Shown: piece after piece, positions 1 to 27,010 of the stretch
How the letters are laid out: each line of letters starts with the position of its first letter
How positions within the stretch are numbered: position 1 is the stretch's first letter
Made by a program: the position numbers and the translations under genes
From: the human T2T-CHM13v2.0 reference genome, Homo sapiens
Strand: one strand, 5' to 3'
Length of the DNA: 64,000 nt
NCBI RefSeq assembly: GCF_009914755.1
Contig: NC_060943.1
The notes under the pieces: generated by a model
What the model saw: the letters and a program-made list of their open reading frames with translations, nothing else
What the model was told of the DNA's origin: nothing
Database searches by the model: none

Positions 1-460
1 AGTGTGTGCATAACCAGTCATGAGATAAAACAACACAATGCATGTTGCCTTTTTAATGTAAATACCCGTAGGTATCATTAATAGTTTCAAAATATTGTGG
101 TTTAGTAAAGTTGATACCTGGTTATAAATATTATGCCTTTATTTTTGGCTAGAAGAAGAATTATTTTTAGCCTAGATCTAACCATTTTCATACTCTTAAC
201 TGATTGAAACAGATTCAAAGAAGTATCGAGTGCTATGCATTGAAACTTGTTTTTAAATGTTAGATGGCACTATGTATATTAATGTAAAACAATGTTAATT
301 TACTCAAGTTTTCAGTTTGTACCGCCTGGTATGTCTGTGTAAGAAGCCAATTTTTGTGTATTGTTACAGTTTCAGGTTATTTATATTCGATGTTTTGTAA
401 AACTCAAATAACGACTATACTTATGGACCAAATAAATGGCATCTGCATTCTTGTTACACA
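1..460 (+). other. UBA2: 3' UTR end of the upstream gene (inferred UBA2, SUMO E1 subunit 2); no coding sequence in window
   Basis: Unique AT-rich sequence with a Pumilio-type TGTAAATA (57-64) and AATAAA at 431-436. The gene name rests on known synteny (UBA2 lies immediately upstream of WTIP on the same strand), not on coding sequence. Confidence 0.75.
431..436 (+). terminator. Polyadenylation signal AATAAA (UBA2 proximal site)
   Basis: AATAAA followed about 20 nt later by CA dinucleotides and a T/GT-rich tract. Confidence 0.7.
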
Positions 461-497
461 TGCCTGCACAGTTCCTGTTTCTGCTGCCTTATATCTA

Positions 498-829
<332 letters not shown>

Positions 830-1057
830 GGTTCAGAAGATCTCCACTGTTTGCCAAAGACGAGTACTTTCTTTTCTTTATTCTTGGAGACTTCACATGT
901 AGGAAGAGTACTTTCTAAAATAAAGCTCTTCCTGCGTGTGGTGGTGGTGCACATCTGTGTTCCAGCTACTCAGGAGGCTGAGGCAGGAGGATGGCTGGAG
1001 CCCAGAAGTTCAAGGCCAGCCTGGGTAACATAGCAAGACCCTGTCTCTAAAAAATAA

Positions 1058-1386
<329 letters not shown>

Positions 1387-1937
1387 TAATGGCAGTGTTT
1401 TTAAAATTTGGATTGTCAGCAGTTGGCCTTTGTTGAGAAAATGTGTGACTTTGCCCAAGCCCAGTAACTTGGAGCCTTGAATTTGAGATGCTGGAAAGGG
1501 AGTCCTTCCTCCTTTCTGCAGTGTTTGTCTGGGTTGTCCCCTAGTTTACCAAAGTCCATTTTGAATGTACCATCCCCAGCCCAACTCCAGCCTACAGATA
1601 GTGCCAGACCGCCAGTAGGTGGAGTAGCACTGTCTTCCTGGTCCCGGACCTCAGAGGGCTTTGCCTGTTAGGGTACTCTTATCACTCAGAGATGGGCCTT
1701 GAGTTTTCAGAGAACAGAAAGCCATTAAGCTGTTTCCCCTATTGTATTCATGTGCCCTTTGTGTTTCTGGCAATAATTTATTTTATATTTCAACTAAATT
1801 TTAAATTTCTAATTCATGTATTGTTCCTTGTGTAATTTGTACTGTACCATTCAGCTTATTAACCATTACTCCTTGTTTTCCACCATTTGTAAATTCAGCA
1901 TGTAATCAGAGCTTTCAGAAAAACCATGTAGAAGACT

Positions 1938-5300
<3,363 letters not shown>

Positions 5301-6065
5301 TAAAAATGTGAAAAGTAAAGAAAACCCAAAAAGATCAGAGAAGAAAAAATGTCAGCAGATGTTTCTAGTCATTGTGACATGTAGAGGTAGGGAGGACCTC
5401 CTGTTTCTTTGCATTTTAAAGCAATATTCCTGAGGTCCATTTGACCATTTTGAGGGAGGATATATTTAGAGAAGTATTTTTATTTCACACTGGGAGCACA
5501 TTATTTGCATTGTGCTCACAGAAGGAACATTTTCTTTTTCCTGCATCCAATTCAAAACACATTGCATCCAAAAGCTTATTTGAAAAATTTTAGAACTCAA
5601 ACTAAAAAAATTAAAAATCAACAGTTGAACTACGGGGCTACAACGCCACTGTGTAGTTTGGCTATGTTTTGAAGACAATTATCTCCTGGTAAAGTAACAT
5701 TTTAGGAAGTTTTGCTAAATGTCTCTGACTCATGCCAGTTTTAAAAATTTTAAGTCTAGCAACAAGTGATGACTCACAGATTGGGAAAGATTCTGAGCAA
5801 AAGCTTTACCAGAACGTACAGCGTCTGAGAAGGTCCTCAGGCTTTGCACTTTAGAGTCTTTCAATGGTTTACTTTGATTCTCAGATCAACCAGTCTCAGG
5901 AAATTTAGGCACTGTGCAGACGATGTCATTCAGCCATTCTGTCAACACAAATTGCAGTGCTGCACTCAGTGGAAAACGTTACCACTGTTGCCAGCCTGGG
6001 TGGAAACCTTTGAAAGCACAATGAACTAAAGACTGGCGTGAATGAAAACCCAACTCCTCATGTCA

Positions 6066-6940
<875 letters not shown>

Positions 6941-7704
6941 CAGACACACACACACACCAAACAAACAGCAACAACAAAAAACAAAAACCCCCATGGAAAC
7001 AGGAAGGAAGCAAGCTGCAAGTATCATGTCTTAGCCTTAATTCTTAGATTGGTTCCCCAATCTATCCATGGCTTCAGTGATCAATGCTTTGAATCTTCTT
7101 GCATCCTCAGGCCTAAAGGGGATAACAGGACCAGGAGAGATTGAAGTTAGGCTCAATCTGGCAGAAAGAGTGGGGCCTCAGAGAAGAGGGGTTGAAAAAA
7201 TTCCCTTGGGTGCCCAGCCTGGTATTATATTTTTGAGTATGAGGTTGGTTTCTATGACTCTTAGAGCTCCTGGAAGCTGCCTCTCAGCGTGGCAGCACAC
7301 AGGATGGGTGCTCAGAGAAGAGGGGATGGAAAAAGCCCTCCCAGTGGATAGGACAGAACGTGCATCTTGAGCCTGGTGCTGTGTGTGGGAGGAGTGGCCC
7401 CCAGGAGCTGAGCTGGAAAGGTGTGTGTGCTTCAGGTGAGAGACTGGTGCTGGAAATTCGACAAGGGTAAAAACTGTCATAGGCTAAGGAGAAAGAAGTG
7501 TGGGTCCCAGAAACTTCCTGTGGAGTTTGGCTGCCATTCCCCTTCCCTCATAACCCGTTATCCAGTCACAGCTGATTGATAAGTGGCCTAGGACTCCATG
7601 AGAAAACCCCTGAATTCTGTCAATACCTGGGGTCCATACAGTACAGACAATTAAGGAGGTCTAATGGAAGCTAGATTACAAGGAGGGGCATGAGGGGCTC
7701 CTTA

Positions 7705-8197
<493 letters not shown>

Positions 8198-8420
8198 TCA
8201 CCATGGCGTGGACAGAGTCTGGGTAGGGTCAGCTCCTGGGTTCTGGGAAGATGATGATGATGATGGTTCAGGACATGGTGCAAGACTAGATTGAACATGT
8301 CCTGTTCTGGCCTCCAAGTGTGTCTTTGCTTAACAAAGGGAAGACCAGTTAACTTGAGAGGATGATAAACTGGAAGCCACAGTGTAGTGAAACCCCTCCT
8401 TTGGAACAGTGGGACTCAGG

Positions 8421-8637
8421 CAGCGGTGTGTGGAGCCAGCTTATCCCAGCTTGCAAGAACTGGTTATACCCATTTCTTTCCAGCTCAGTTCAGTGGCCCC
8501 ATCTTTATAGCTTGAAATTGGCCATGCTGGGAGTATTTATACCATGGTAATTGGCAAATGCTACACATCAGGGCTCCTGATTTATACAAATTCCTCCCCA
8601 GAGAGCTGGTTGTTAGACATTTACCAGCACACCACTG
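8421..8637. mobile_element. hAT-family non-autonomous DNA transposon (MER63-like)
   Basis: Terminal inverted repeats CAGCGGTGTG...CACACCACTG and an exact 8-bp TSD GACTCAGG (8413-8420, 8638-8645). Confidence 0.8.
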
Positions 8638-9106
8638 GACTCAGGAGGAAAATGCCCAGAGAGAGGTGAACACAAAGAACATTCCTGCAACAGGGGAGGA
8701 CAGAGGGGGAATCAGTGGGGGCTGGACATTGAGTCCATGGACAGTGCTTTAAATCCCTTGAGAGAGCCCCATCCCCATCCTTCTCCTGGACTGTGCATCT
8801 CAGACAGAAGGAGCCAGTCTGTTGAGATCACTCAATACCCCTGGAGTGAGGAGATAGAAGATGGGGTCAGGGGGACATTTGGGTAATGTAGAGATGAGAC
8901 CCCACAATTCTGCAGACTACTTCAAATCCACCTAACATCACAATAGTCTGATTCCCAAGCCATTCATTAAATCTTTTGAATATAACTGCTTAATGTATTT
9001 CCCACTTCAAGGATGTACTTAAACTATTCTAATGGTAAATATCAAACATTTTAGGTTGTTTCTGGGTTTTGTAGTTGTCATTTATTACTAGTAGAGCAAG
9101 TAATAG

Positions 9107-9995
<889 letters not shown>

Positions 9996-10070
9996 ACAGC
10001 TGCCTTTAAATGCAGAGAGCTCCCTTTGAGCATCTTTTCAGAAGGCTGGAGATCCTAGGACAGAATAGAT

Positions 10071-10537
10071 CAGGGGTCCCCAACCCCTGGGCCACAGACC
10101 AGTATACCACCGCCTGTTAGGAACTGGGCCACACAGCAGGAGGTGAGCAGAGGCGAGGGAGCATTACCACCTGAGTCCCACCACGATTCTCACAGAAGCA
10201 CGAAGCCTATTGTGAACTGCGCATGCGAAGGACCTAGGCTGTGTGCTCCTTATGAGAATCTAATGCCTGATGATCTGTCACTGTCTCCCATCACCCCCAG
10301 ATGGGACCGTCTAGTTGCAGGAAAACAAGCACAGGGCTCCCACTCTTTCTATGGTATAGTGAGTTGTATAATTATTTCATTATATATTACAATGTAATAA
10401 TAATAGAAATAAAGTGCACAATAAATATAATGCCCTTGAATCATCCTGAAGCCATTCCCACCCTCCCCATCCCTGTCTGTGGAAAAATTGTCTTCCACAA
10501 AACCAGTCCCTGGTGCCAAAAAGGTTGGGGACCGCTG
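10071..10537 (+). mobile_element. MER1A (hAT-Charlie) DNA transposon
   Basis: TIRs CAGGGGTCCCCAACC...GGTTGGGGACCGCTG and recognisable MER1A internal sequence. Confidence 0.88.
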
Positions 10538-12203
10538 TAGATTACCTAAATGATGTTGGGATTATACGACACGGTTGTGATTGGATTATTGTCTGCATTT
10601 TTGATAACTTCCCTTGAATAGATGTTTAGCAGCAGTATTACTGCTTCTAAGTTTCGTGTTCGTTTGTGCGGATGTTGACACCGCCAAACTGCTCTTCCCA
10701 AAAGGATATCCCAATTTGCACTCATACCAGTAGCATATGTGCAACTGTTTCACCACAGTCCTGCCAATATTGTAATTTTTAAATAGTAGATAATGCAGTC
10801 CATGAAATGTGATATGACTGAACTGGCTTTTCCTTTCTCATTTGAAAGGTAGACCATTTTTCATGTCCTGGCTTCCCTGGGTATTTGCTCTCCCAAATGC
10901 TGGCTTCTAGACCCCGCACGGAGTCTCATGCCTGTAATCTCAGCGTTTTGTGTGGTGGTGTGCGCCTGTACTCCTACGTACTCAGGAGTCCGAGGTGGGA
11001 GGATTGCTTGAGCCCAGGAGGTTGAGACTCTGGGGTGTGTGTGATCACTGTGAGCTGTGATCACACCACTGTACTCCAGCCTGGGGGACAGAGCGACACC
11101 TTGTCTGAAAAAAACAAAACAGCGCAACTCCCCCACCCTCCGCGCACACGAAATGCTTGCTTCCACTTCCCCTACCCTGGTGGGGCAGGGGCTGGAACTC
11201 CGCAGGCTATGGGAAGGTGCTGGGGTTAGCGGCCCCAGCGGGTGCTCAGTGGTGTTGAGGCCACACTGCCCTGGGCGGTCTGGCCGGGACAGTTCCCGTG
11301 CGGGCTCCCTGCGCGCTGAGCCACTGTAGGCGCCTTCCCGAAAATCTCTGAGCAGAGAGGGCCTGGAAAACAGTACTCTCTCACGCAACACTTTTCTTGG
11401 ATCCATCAGGCCCTGACAGATAACGGTTTGGTTTTCTTCCCTATAGCCGTGTGACTTGTACAAGGGATTTTAGTTGTGTCCTTGGGCACGAAGCCCTAGT
11501 CACCTCTCGATTCCCCACCTATGTGGCCCCTATGGCCCCGCTGGTTCCAGGACCTCCCCTCGAAGCCTCACCCACCACCCTGGATGCAGGTGCTGGAAAA
11601 GGGAGGAGTCCCCATATTTCACGGGGACTGCCTGTGATGGCCACAGGGGAGGCTCGCCGCCCACCGGCTCTGAGCCTGAGGCCTGCTTCTAGCCTGGCCT
11701 TGGGGGCCTGGGCGAAGCGACCCAGCGCGAGGACCAGTCCCCAACCAACCCGCTCCTAGTTCTGGGCGCCTTCCCCAGCAGTCAGATGGGGGCTTCAGAG
11801 GCCGGTGCGCGGCCACATGGCCCCGGGCCAGGCAGGGGGTCGTGGGGACGCATCTGCGCTAGGCGCACAGTATTCCTGGGCGCGGGACGGGCGAAGCGCC
11901 GTGGGTTCCAAGCTGAGCTGGGTCGGCCCTGCAGCGCCGGAGAGCAAGGCGGCGCAGGGAAGGGAGATGGGGCGGGATGTGGGGAAAGCTGTCGACTGCT
12001 TGGATCTCTCCGGCCCGGATGGCGCCAGCTGCCTCCAGCTCAGCCTGCGGAAATCCGAGCTCTTCCCAGCGGCCCGACGGCCCGGGCGCCCCGCAGACCC
12101 TGGGCTCTCCCCGCGGTGCCTCCGCCGCCCGCCCCTGCGTCCTGGCCCGGCCTCCACGCCCCTCCGAGGTCCCGGCGCAGCGCGGCCGCCGCCACTCCCC
12201 CCA

Positions 12204-12327
12204 CATTCCAGAGGCCGCAGCGCCGTCTCCTTCCTCGCATTCCTGCCCCCGCAAAGGAGTCCCTCCGCCCCGCGCGAGGCCGCGGCGAGGAGGGGGCGCG
12301 GCCCGGCGCCTGGGAGCTTACATTCCT
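12204..12327 (+). promoter_or_regulatory. Three TEAD/MCAT motifs: CATTCCA 12204-12210, CATTCCT 12238-12244, CATTCCT 12321-12327
   Basis: Exact MCAT matches in the same orientation within 124 bp of very GC-rich DNA upstream of the WTIP ATG. Confidence 0.6.
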
Positions 12328-12464
12328 CCGCCGCGCGCGCCGCCGAGCAGGGCGCCGCGTCCCCCGGCCCGCGCGTGGCCGCCGGAACGACCCCGGCCCG
12401 GCGCCGGCCCCGCCCCGCCCCGCGCCCAGGGGTCCCGGGGCGGGCTCCGGGCTTCGGGCGGACG

Positions 12465-12512
12465 ATGCGGCGGCCCGGCCGGAGCGGCGGCGGGAAGCGG
12501 AGGCGGAGGTGA
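12465..12512 (+). other. Candidate uORF MRRPGRSGGGKRRRR (15 aa)
   Basis: ATG with A at -3; out of frame with WTIP; TGA ends 25 nt before the main ATG. Confidence 0.45.
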
Positions 12513-12537
12513 CGCGCCAGGGCCGGCGGGCCGGGCC

Positions 12538-13204
12538 ATGCAGCGCTCCAGGGCGGGCGCGGACGAGGCGGCCCTACTCCTGGCCGGGCTGGCCCTGCGG
12601 GAGCTGGAGCCCGGGTGCGGCTCTCCCGGTCGGGGGCGGCGGGGGCCGCGGCCTGGGCCTGGAGACGAGGCGGCGCCCGCGCTGGGCCGCAGAGGGAAGG
12701 GCAGCGGCGGCCCCGAGGCCGGGGCGGACGGACTGAGCCGCGGGGAGCGGGGTCCCCGGCGCGCGGCGGTTCCGGAGCTCAGCGCGCAGCCTGCGGGCAG
12801 CCCACGGGCCAGCCTGGCGGGGTCCGACGGCGGCGGCGGTGGCGGCAGCGCCCGATCCAGCGGCATCAGCCTGGGCTACGACCAGCGCCACGGCAGCCCG
12901 CGCTCCGGTCGCTCGGACCCGCGTCCCGGTCCCGGGCCGCCTTCGGTGGGCAGCGCCCGCTCCAGCGTTTCCAGCCTCGGCTCCCGGGGCTCGGCCGGCG
13001 CCTACGCTGACTTCCTCCCGCCCGGCGCCTGCCCCGCGCCCGCTCGCTCCCCGGAGCCTGCGGGGCCGGCCCCCTTCCCGCTGCCTGCACTCCCGCTGCC
13101 CCCTGGCCGGGAGGGCGGCCCAAGCGCGGCCGAGCGGCGGCTGGAGGCGCTCACCCGGGAGCTGGAGCGGGCGCTCGAGGCGCGCACGGCGCGGGACTAC
13201 TTCG
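12538..13204 (+). CDS. WTIP: WTIP (WT1-interacting protein, Ajuba/LIMD1 family) exon 1 CDS, pre-LIM region
   Basis: gccATG; MQRSRAGADEAALLLAGL...SSGISLGYDQRH...AERRLEALTRELERALEARTARDYF; donor G|gtgagc; 667 nt, phase 1. Confidence 0.96.
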
Positions 13205-13539
13205 GTGAGCTCGCTCGGCCCGGCAGTTCCCTGCGCGCATGGCTGGGGTCCGGGGTTCCGAGACTGCCTCGGGTAGGCGGCCGGATCAGCGGAGGAGAGC
13301 ACGGGGCTGGCTGGGGGTGCAGCAGTGCACGGGGTTGGGACGAGGAAGGTGCATCCCCTGGGGACTGGGGAGCGCAAAGGGTGAGTGAGTGCGCCTGGAT
13401 CCCCAGCAGCGGCTTCACCCCTGCCTCTGGGTCCCCCGACACACGAGGGGTTCTGGCCGAGTGAGTTGATGTGCGGTTCCTAACTTAACAGGCAAGTCAG
13501 GTTCATGGGCACACTGAGCCATTTTCTGATAATTTTTTC

Positions 13540-19792
<6,253 letters not shown>

Positions 19793-19980
19793 TGCATCTA
19801 ACGCCGTAGCACTCGTCTCTGCCTGACGTTATTTGACTGCTGTTCTCTGCCGCCTTCCACTCGATGCAAGCTTCTTGAAGGTGGGGACCTGGGTGCATTG
19901 CAGACTGAGTGGTGCCTGACCTTAGGGGCATGTGACTCATCTGTGTGCTGACTGACCAAGAGAATAAGTGGACCCTGGCA

Positions 19981-20042
19981 TACAGAGGAGGACAGAGTGG
20001 GTACAGAGGAGGACAGAGTGGGTACAGAGGAGGACAGAGTGG
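19981..20042 (+). repeat. 21-bp tandem repeat (TACAGAGGAGGACAGAGTGGG) x3
   Basis: Three near-perfect consecutive units read directly. Confidence 0.9.
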
Positions 20043-20162
20043 CTGCAGAGGGGTGGTGACTGCCCCTGAGTGCCCATGTGGTCTTCATTCTTTGTGTCTG
20101 GGTCACAAAACATGTTGAAGAACAGGATTTGGTTCACAAACAGCATGAAGGATTTTCCCTCA

Positions 20163-20651
<489 letters not shown>

Positions 20652-20944
20652 TCAAAAACCAAAAGAATCTATCAGAACAGTTGTGATGGACAGCTTTGAT
20701 TAGCTCCGACTCTGCCCTGGGTGCTCGGCCAAGCCCTTGAATCCTCAGACAGCAGCAGCGGCAATCCCTGGGTCGTGGCCACCCTGATGGTGCCCATGTT
20801 GGTCATCAGTAATCGAGTGATGTTGGCCTAGGAAAGTTAGCATCCCCCAGGTCAGGCGGGTGGGCGGTGTCAAGACGGGGAGTCCGTCGGTGTGGCATAG
20901 GCTGTGGCGCTAACCCCTGCTCTCTCCTGCCTCTCCTCTCCTAG

Positions 20945-21046
20945 GCATTTGCATCAAGTGTGGGCTTGGCATCTACGGAGCCCAGCAGGCGTGCCAGGCA
21001 ATGGGGAGTCTTTATCACACTGACTGCTTCACCTGCGACTCGTGTG
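20945..21046 (+). CDS. WTIP: WTIP exon 2 (LIM1 N-half: [33 protein letters not shown])
   Basis: Polypyrimidine-ctag acceptor, gtaggt donor, 102 nt, CxxC...HxxCxxCxxC LIM pattern. Confidence 0.96.
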
Positions 21047-21337
21047 GTAGGTAACCTCGTGCCCTGGGTAGCTCTGTGAAGGGGACCTGCCACATCATCC
21101 CCATTCCCCTCAAACTGCCTTGCCCCTGAGTCCAGGCAGATGGACCACCTGGCTCTGGCCCAGGCTGGGCTGTGGAGGACTCTGTCTGGGGAGGAGGCAT
21201 GGGGCCCCTGAGGAGCCTTTTGCTGGCTGTAGGACAGGGCTGCCCCCTGGTCGTCAGCTGTGGATCCTCTGTGCCACGCAGGGCACTAATGCGCTCATGT
21301 CACCCAGCTGCCTGGGAGCAGCGTCAGAAGCCCATGA

Positions 21338-23303
<1,966 letters not shown>

Positions 23304-23579
23304 TTATTAACCAACACATGTATTTACATGAGCAAAATATTTATTCATATATTTGTTTTGGCAACCTTTTTAAATAACTCTGTCGACAATGTGTTCTGTT
23401 TAATTTTTTTCTGAAATTTTGTTATTATAACAATAACAACATAATATTAAAGGGAAATTTAGAAAACCACCCATAACCCAGTGTCTCATCTGTTGGAGGA
23501 GGGTGCTGAGAGCTGGAAGCACGGCTCCATCCCTGGTCCCCAGCGTTCCAGGGACCCCTCTCAACCCTCACCCTTGCAG

Positions 23580-23647
23580 GGAGACGACTCCGTGGGAAGG
23601 CGTTCTACAACGTGGGTGAGAAAGTGTACTGCCAGGAGGACTTCCTG
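23580..23647 (+). CDS. WTIP: WTIP exon 3 (GRRLRGKAFYNVGEKVYCQEDFL)
   Basis: tgcag acceptor, gtgagt donor, 68 nt, completes LIM1. Confidence 0.96.
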
Positions 23648-23805
23648 GTGAGTCCAAGCTGTGCCCTGGCAGTGCCAGGGGTGGGAGGTGGGGCAGGGAC
23701 CCTCATTCTGACTCGAGTGGAGACCTGAGGCCAGGAGGCAGGTGCTAGCTGGGCCGCGAGTGCCCCTTTGTCACACAATGTCCTGGATCCTGTGTCCCCT
23801 CCCAG

Positions 23806-23868
23806 TACTCCGGGTTCCAGCAGACGGCCGACAAATGCAGCGTGTGTGGACATCTCATCATGGAAATG
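23806..23868 (+). CDS. WTIP: WTIP exon 4 (YSGFQQTADKCSVCGHLIMEM)
   Basis: cccag acceptor, gtgagc donor, 63 nt, start of LIM2. Confidence 0.96.
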
Positions 23869-24034
23869 GTGAGCCCCTGCCCCAGCCTCCTGGAGCCCCT
23901 CTGACGTGGGTGGAGTCTGAGGACTCTACCGTCTCCCCTGCTCCAGACCTGCCAGGGGTTCAGGGCCAGAGCCTCTCCCAGGGCGGTGCTGAGCCTCCTG
24001 CCCGCGCTGACCCCTCAGTGTGCCCCGCCCACAG

Positions 24035-24165
24035 ATCCTGCAGGCCCTGGGCAAGTCCTACCACCCAGGCTGCTTCCGGTGCTCCGTGTGCAATGAGTGC
24101 CTGGACGGGGTTCCCTTCACCGTGGACGTGGAGAACAACATCTACTGCGTGCGAGACTATCACAC
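24035..24165 (+). CDS. WTIP: WTIP exon 5 ([43 protein letters not shown])
   Basis: cacag acceptor, gtgagt donor, 131 nt, LIM2. Confidence 0.96.
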
Positions 24166-24801
24166 GTGAGTTGCTGGTGCTGTGGAGCAGGCGGGACTCG
24201 GGCCGTCCTCCCTGGCTCCTCTGGAAGCATTTTTTTCCTGCTGGACTGACTGCCCTTTGTTCTTGGCCTTTTGCCTTCCGCCTCCCCTTGTACACCTGGG
24301 CTTGGGGCAGGCATGTGTCTCTGCCTGCATCCCCTCTCCTGGTGGTCCGGCCACCAGCTGTCTTTTGCCTCTTCTCTCCCTATCGTGGCCTGCATGCTTC
24401 TCTACTCCTGGCACAGGGGACCCTCCTGGCTGCAGTACCCACCATCTTTCCCCCTCCTCCCCTCCATCCCCTGCCAGGCCAGGCCTCTTTCAGCTGGGGC
24501 AGGGGCTTGGGATCTCTGCAGCCCCCTTCTCCTGCCTGTCTGATCCCTGATCTGTTTCCTCCTACCGTGACTCCAGGTTTATTCCTGGGAGCTCTGGTTC
24601 TGAGCAGGGCCTTCCGTGGGATTGGAGTCCTGGGCAGAGGTCCCTGGTACTCAGGGTGAAGCCAGGTCTCACAGTGGTCCTAGCTAGTGGTGTCCCAGAC
24701 CTGGACATTAAGAACTCACAGGAAACATGGGGGCAGATGGCAGAGCAGAACCTGAAGGCATCCTGGAGGAGGTGATTGGGTGGAGATGAAATGAGCAGTC
24801 A

Positions 24802-25035
<234 letters not shown>

Positions 25036-25128
25036 CTACGTCAGTGGGTTCCTGTGGGTGCCCCTGTGCTTGTGCCCTTGGCCTCTGGTCACTCAGCTGA
25101 TCACTTCTGGTTTCCTTTATTTCTCTAG

Positions 25129-25180
25129 GGTTTTTGCACCAAAATGCGCCTCCTGTGCCCGTCCTATCCTCCCTGCACAG
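25129..25180 (+). CDS. WTIP: WTIP exon 6 (VFAPKCASCARPILPAQ)
   Basis: tctag acceptor, gtagga donor, 52 nt, start of LIM3. Confidence 0.95.
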
Positions 25181-25774
25181 GTAGGAGCCACTCACCCAGA
25201 GATGATCAGGTGCCTGGCCCAGCCGGCTGCTGTCCTGTCTAGCCTGGGTCTAGCCCAGGTCTTGGGCGACAGTGGGAGGGATGAGCAGGTGCTTCTCCGC
25301 AGATCTTTCAGGGCTGAGGGATGTGTGTTGTGCTTGTGTACGTGGGGTACAGCTGTCCCCTGGCACAAGGTCGAGGGAAGTGGTGGCCCCTGCCGCTCAG
25401 CTGCCCCACTGCCAGCCTCTGCTCCATTCTCCATTGATGGAAGGGCCGTTCCCTGGGTCTTCTCAGCTCTGCAGGCTGAGGTGGGGGTGCTGGGGGAGCA
25501 GATGAGAGATGGACGTGGTCTGTGCGGGAGCCACCCATGGGTGCTACAGCTCTCCTGGCCTGGGGTCTTCCCACAGTGCTGGCTCTGTCCCAGGCTGGTG
25601 TGCCTGGCAAAGCAGAACTGGCAGTGCCCTTTTGAGACTCCAAGGAAGTGAAAACAGGCCGGGCACAGGGGCCCACGCCTGTAATCCCAGCACTTTGGGA
25701 GGCCAAGGTGGGATGATTGCTTGAAGCCAGGAGTTTGAGACCAGCCTGGGCCGCCTAGTGAGACCCCATTTCTA

Positions 25775-25939
<165 letters not shown>

Positions 25940-26245
25940 TTAAAAAAAAAAAGGATCAGTGAGGTGAAAATAATGTCCACATCCATTGACAAACACGTGA
26001 CACTCTTGTGGGCCTTTGTGCGTACTGTGGGCTGTGATCGTGGAGGACGCCTAAGGCCCGCATGTGTCTGTGTGTGTGCACCTGCTGGAGCCTGTCCCGC
26101 CCCACAGAAGCAGCGTGGCAGTGCTCCCCGGGGCGGGCGTGCACCTCCGCCGGGACAGGAGCGTGGTGTGTGGGAGTGTACACTCACGCAGTTTGCCTCC
26201 AGTCCCCACATGCTCATCGTGTGTGAACTCCTTCTCTTCCTCCAG

Positions 26246-26314
26246 GGCTGCGAGACAACCATCCGTGTGGTGTCCATGGACAGAGACTACCACGTGGCAT
26301 GTTACCACTGTGAG
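26246..26314 (+). CDS. WTIP: WTIP exon 7 ([23 protein letters not shown])
   Basis: tccag acceptor, gtgagc donor, 69 nt. Confidence 0.96.
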
Positions 26315-26413
26315 GTGAGCCTGGGCCCACAGGAGGCTGGCAGCTGGGGCAGGCCTCCTCCCACAGGGCTCTCCTCTCTGGGTGTTCTGTGGGCTTACCT
26401 TATCAAAATTTTA

Positions 26414-27010
<597 letters not shown>

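Larger units (their letters stand above)
11130..13460. promoter_or_regulatory. WTIP: CpG island / WTIP promoter and exon 1
   Basis: Very high GC and CpG density, multiple GC boxes (CCCCGCCCC at about 12407-12424), no TATA box. Confidence 0.92.

Noticed and set aside
5766-5828. C/D-box snoRNA-like pattern (GTGATGA…CTGA…CTGA)
   Set aside because: No terminal stem, no host intron and no recognisable rRNA antisense element
11786-13377. Many long overlapping ORFs on both strands (316, 267, 235, 182 aa)
   Set aside because: Expected from stop-codon scarcity in a very GC-rich island; low-complexity R/P/G/A content with no domains
19981-20042. CRISPR-like array
   Set aside because: Human DNA; contiguous tandem units with no spacers
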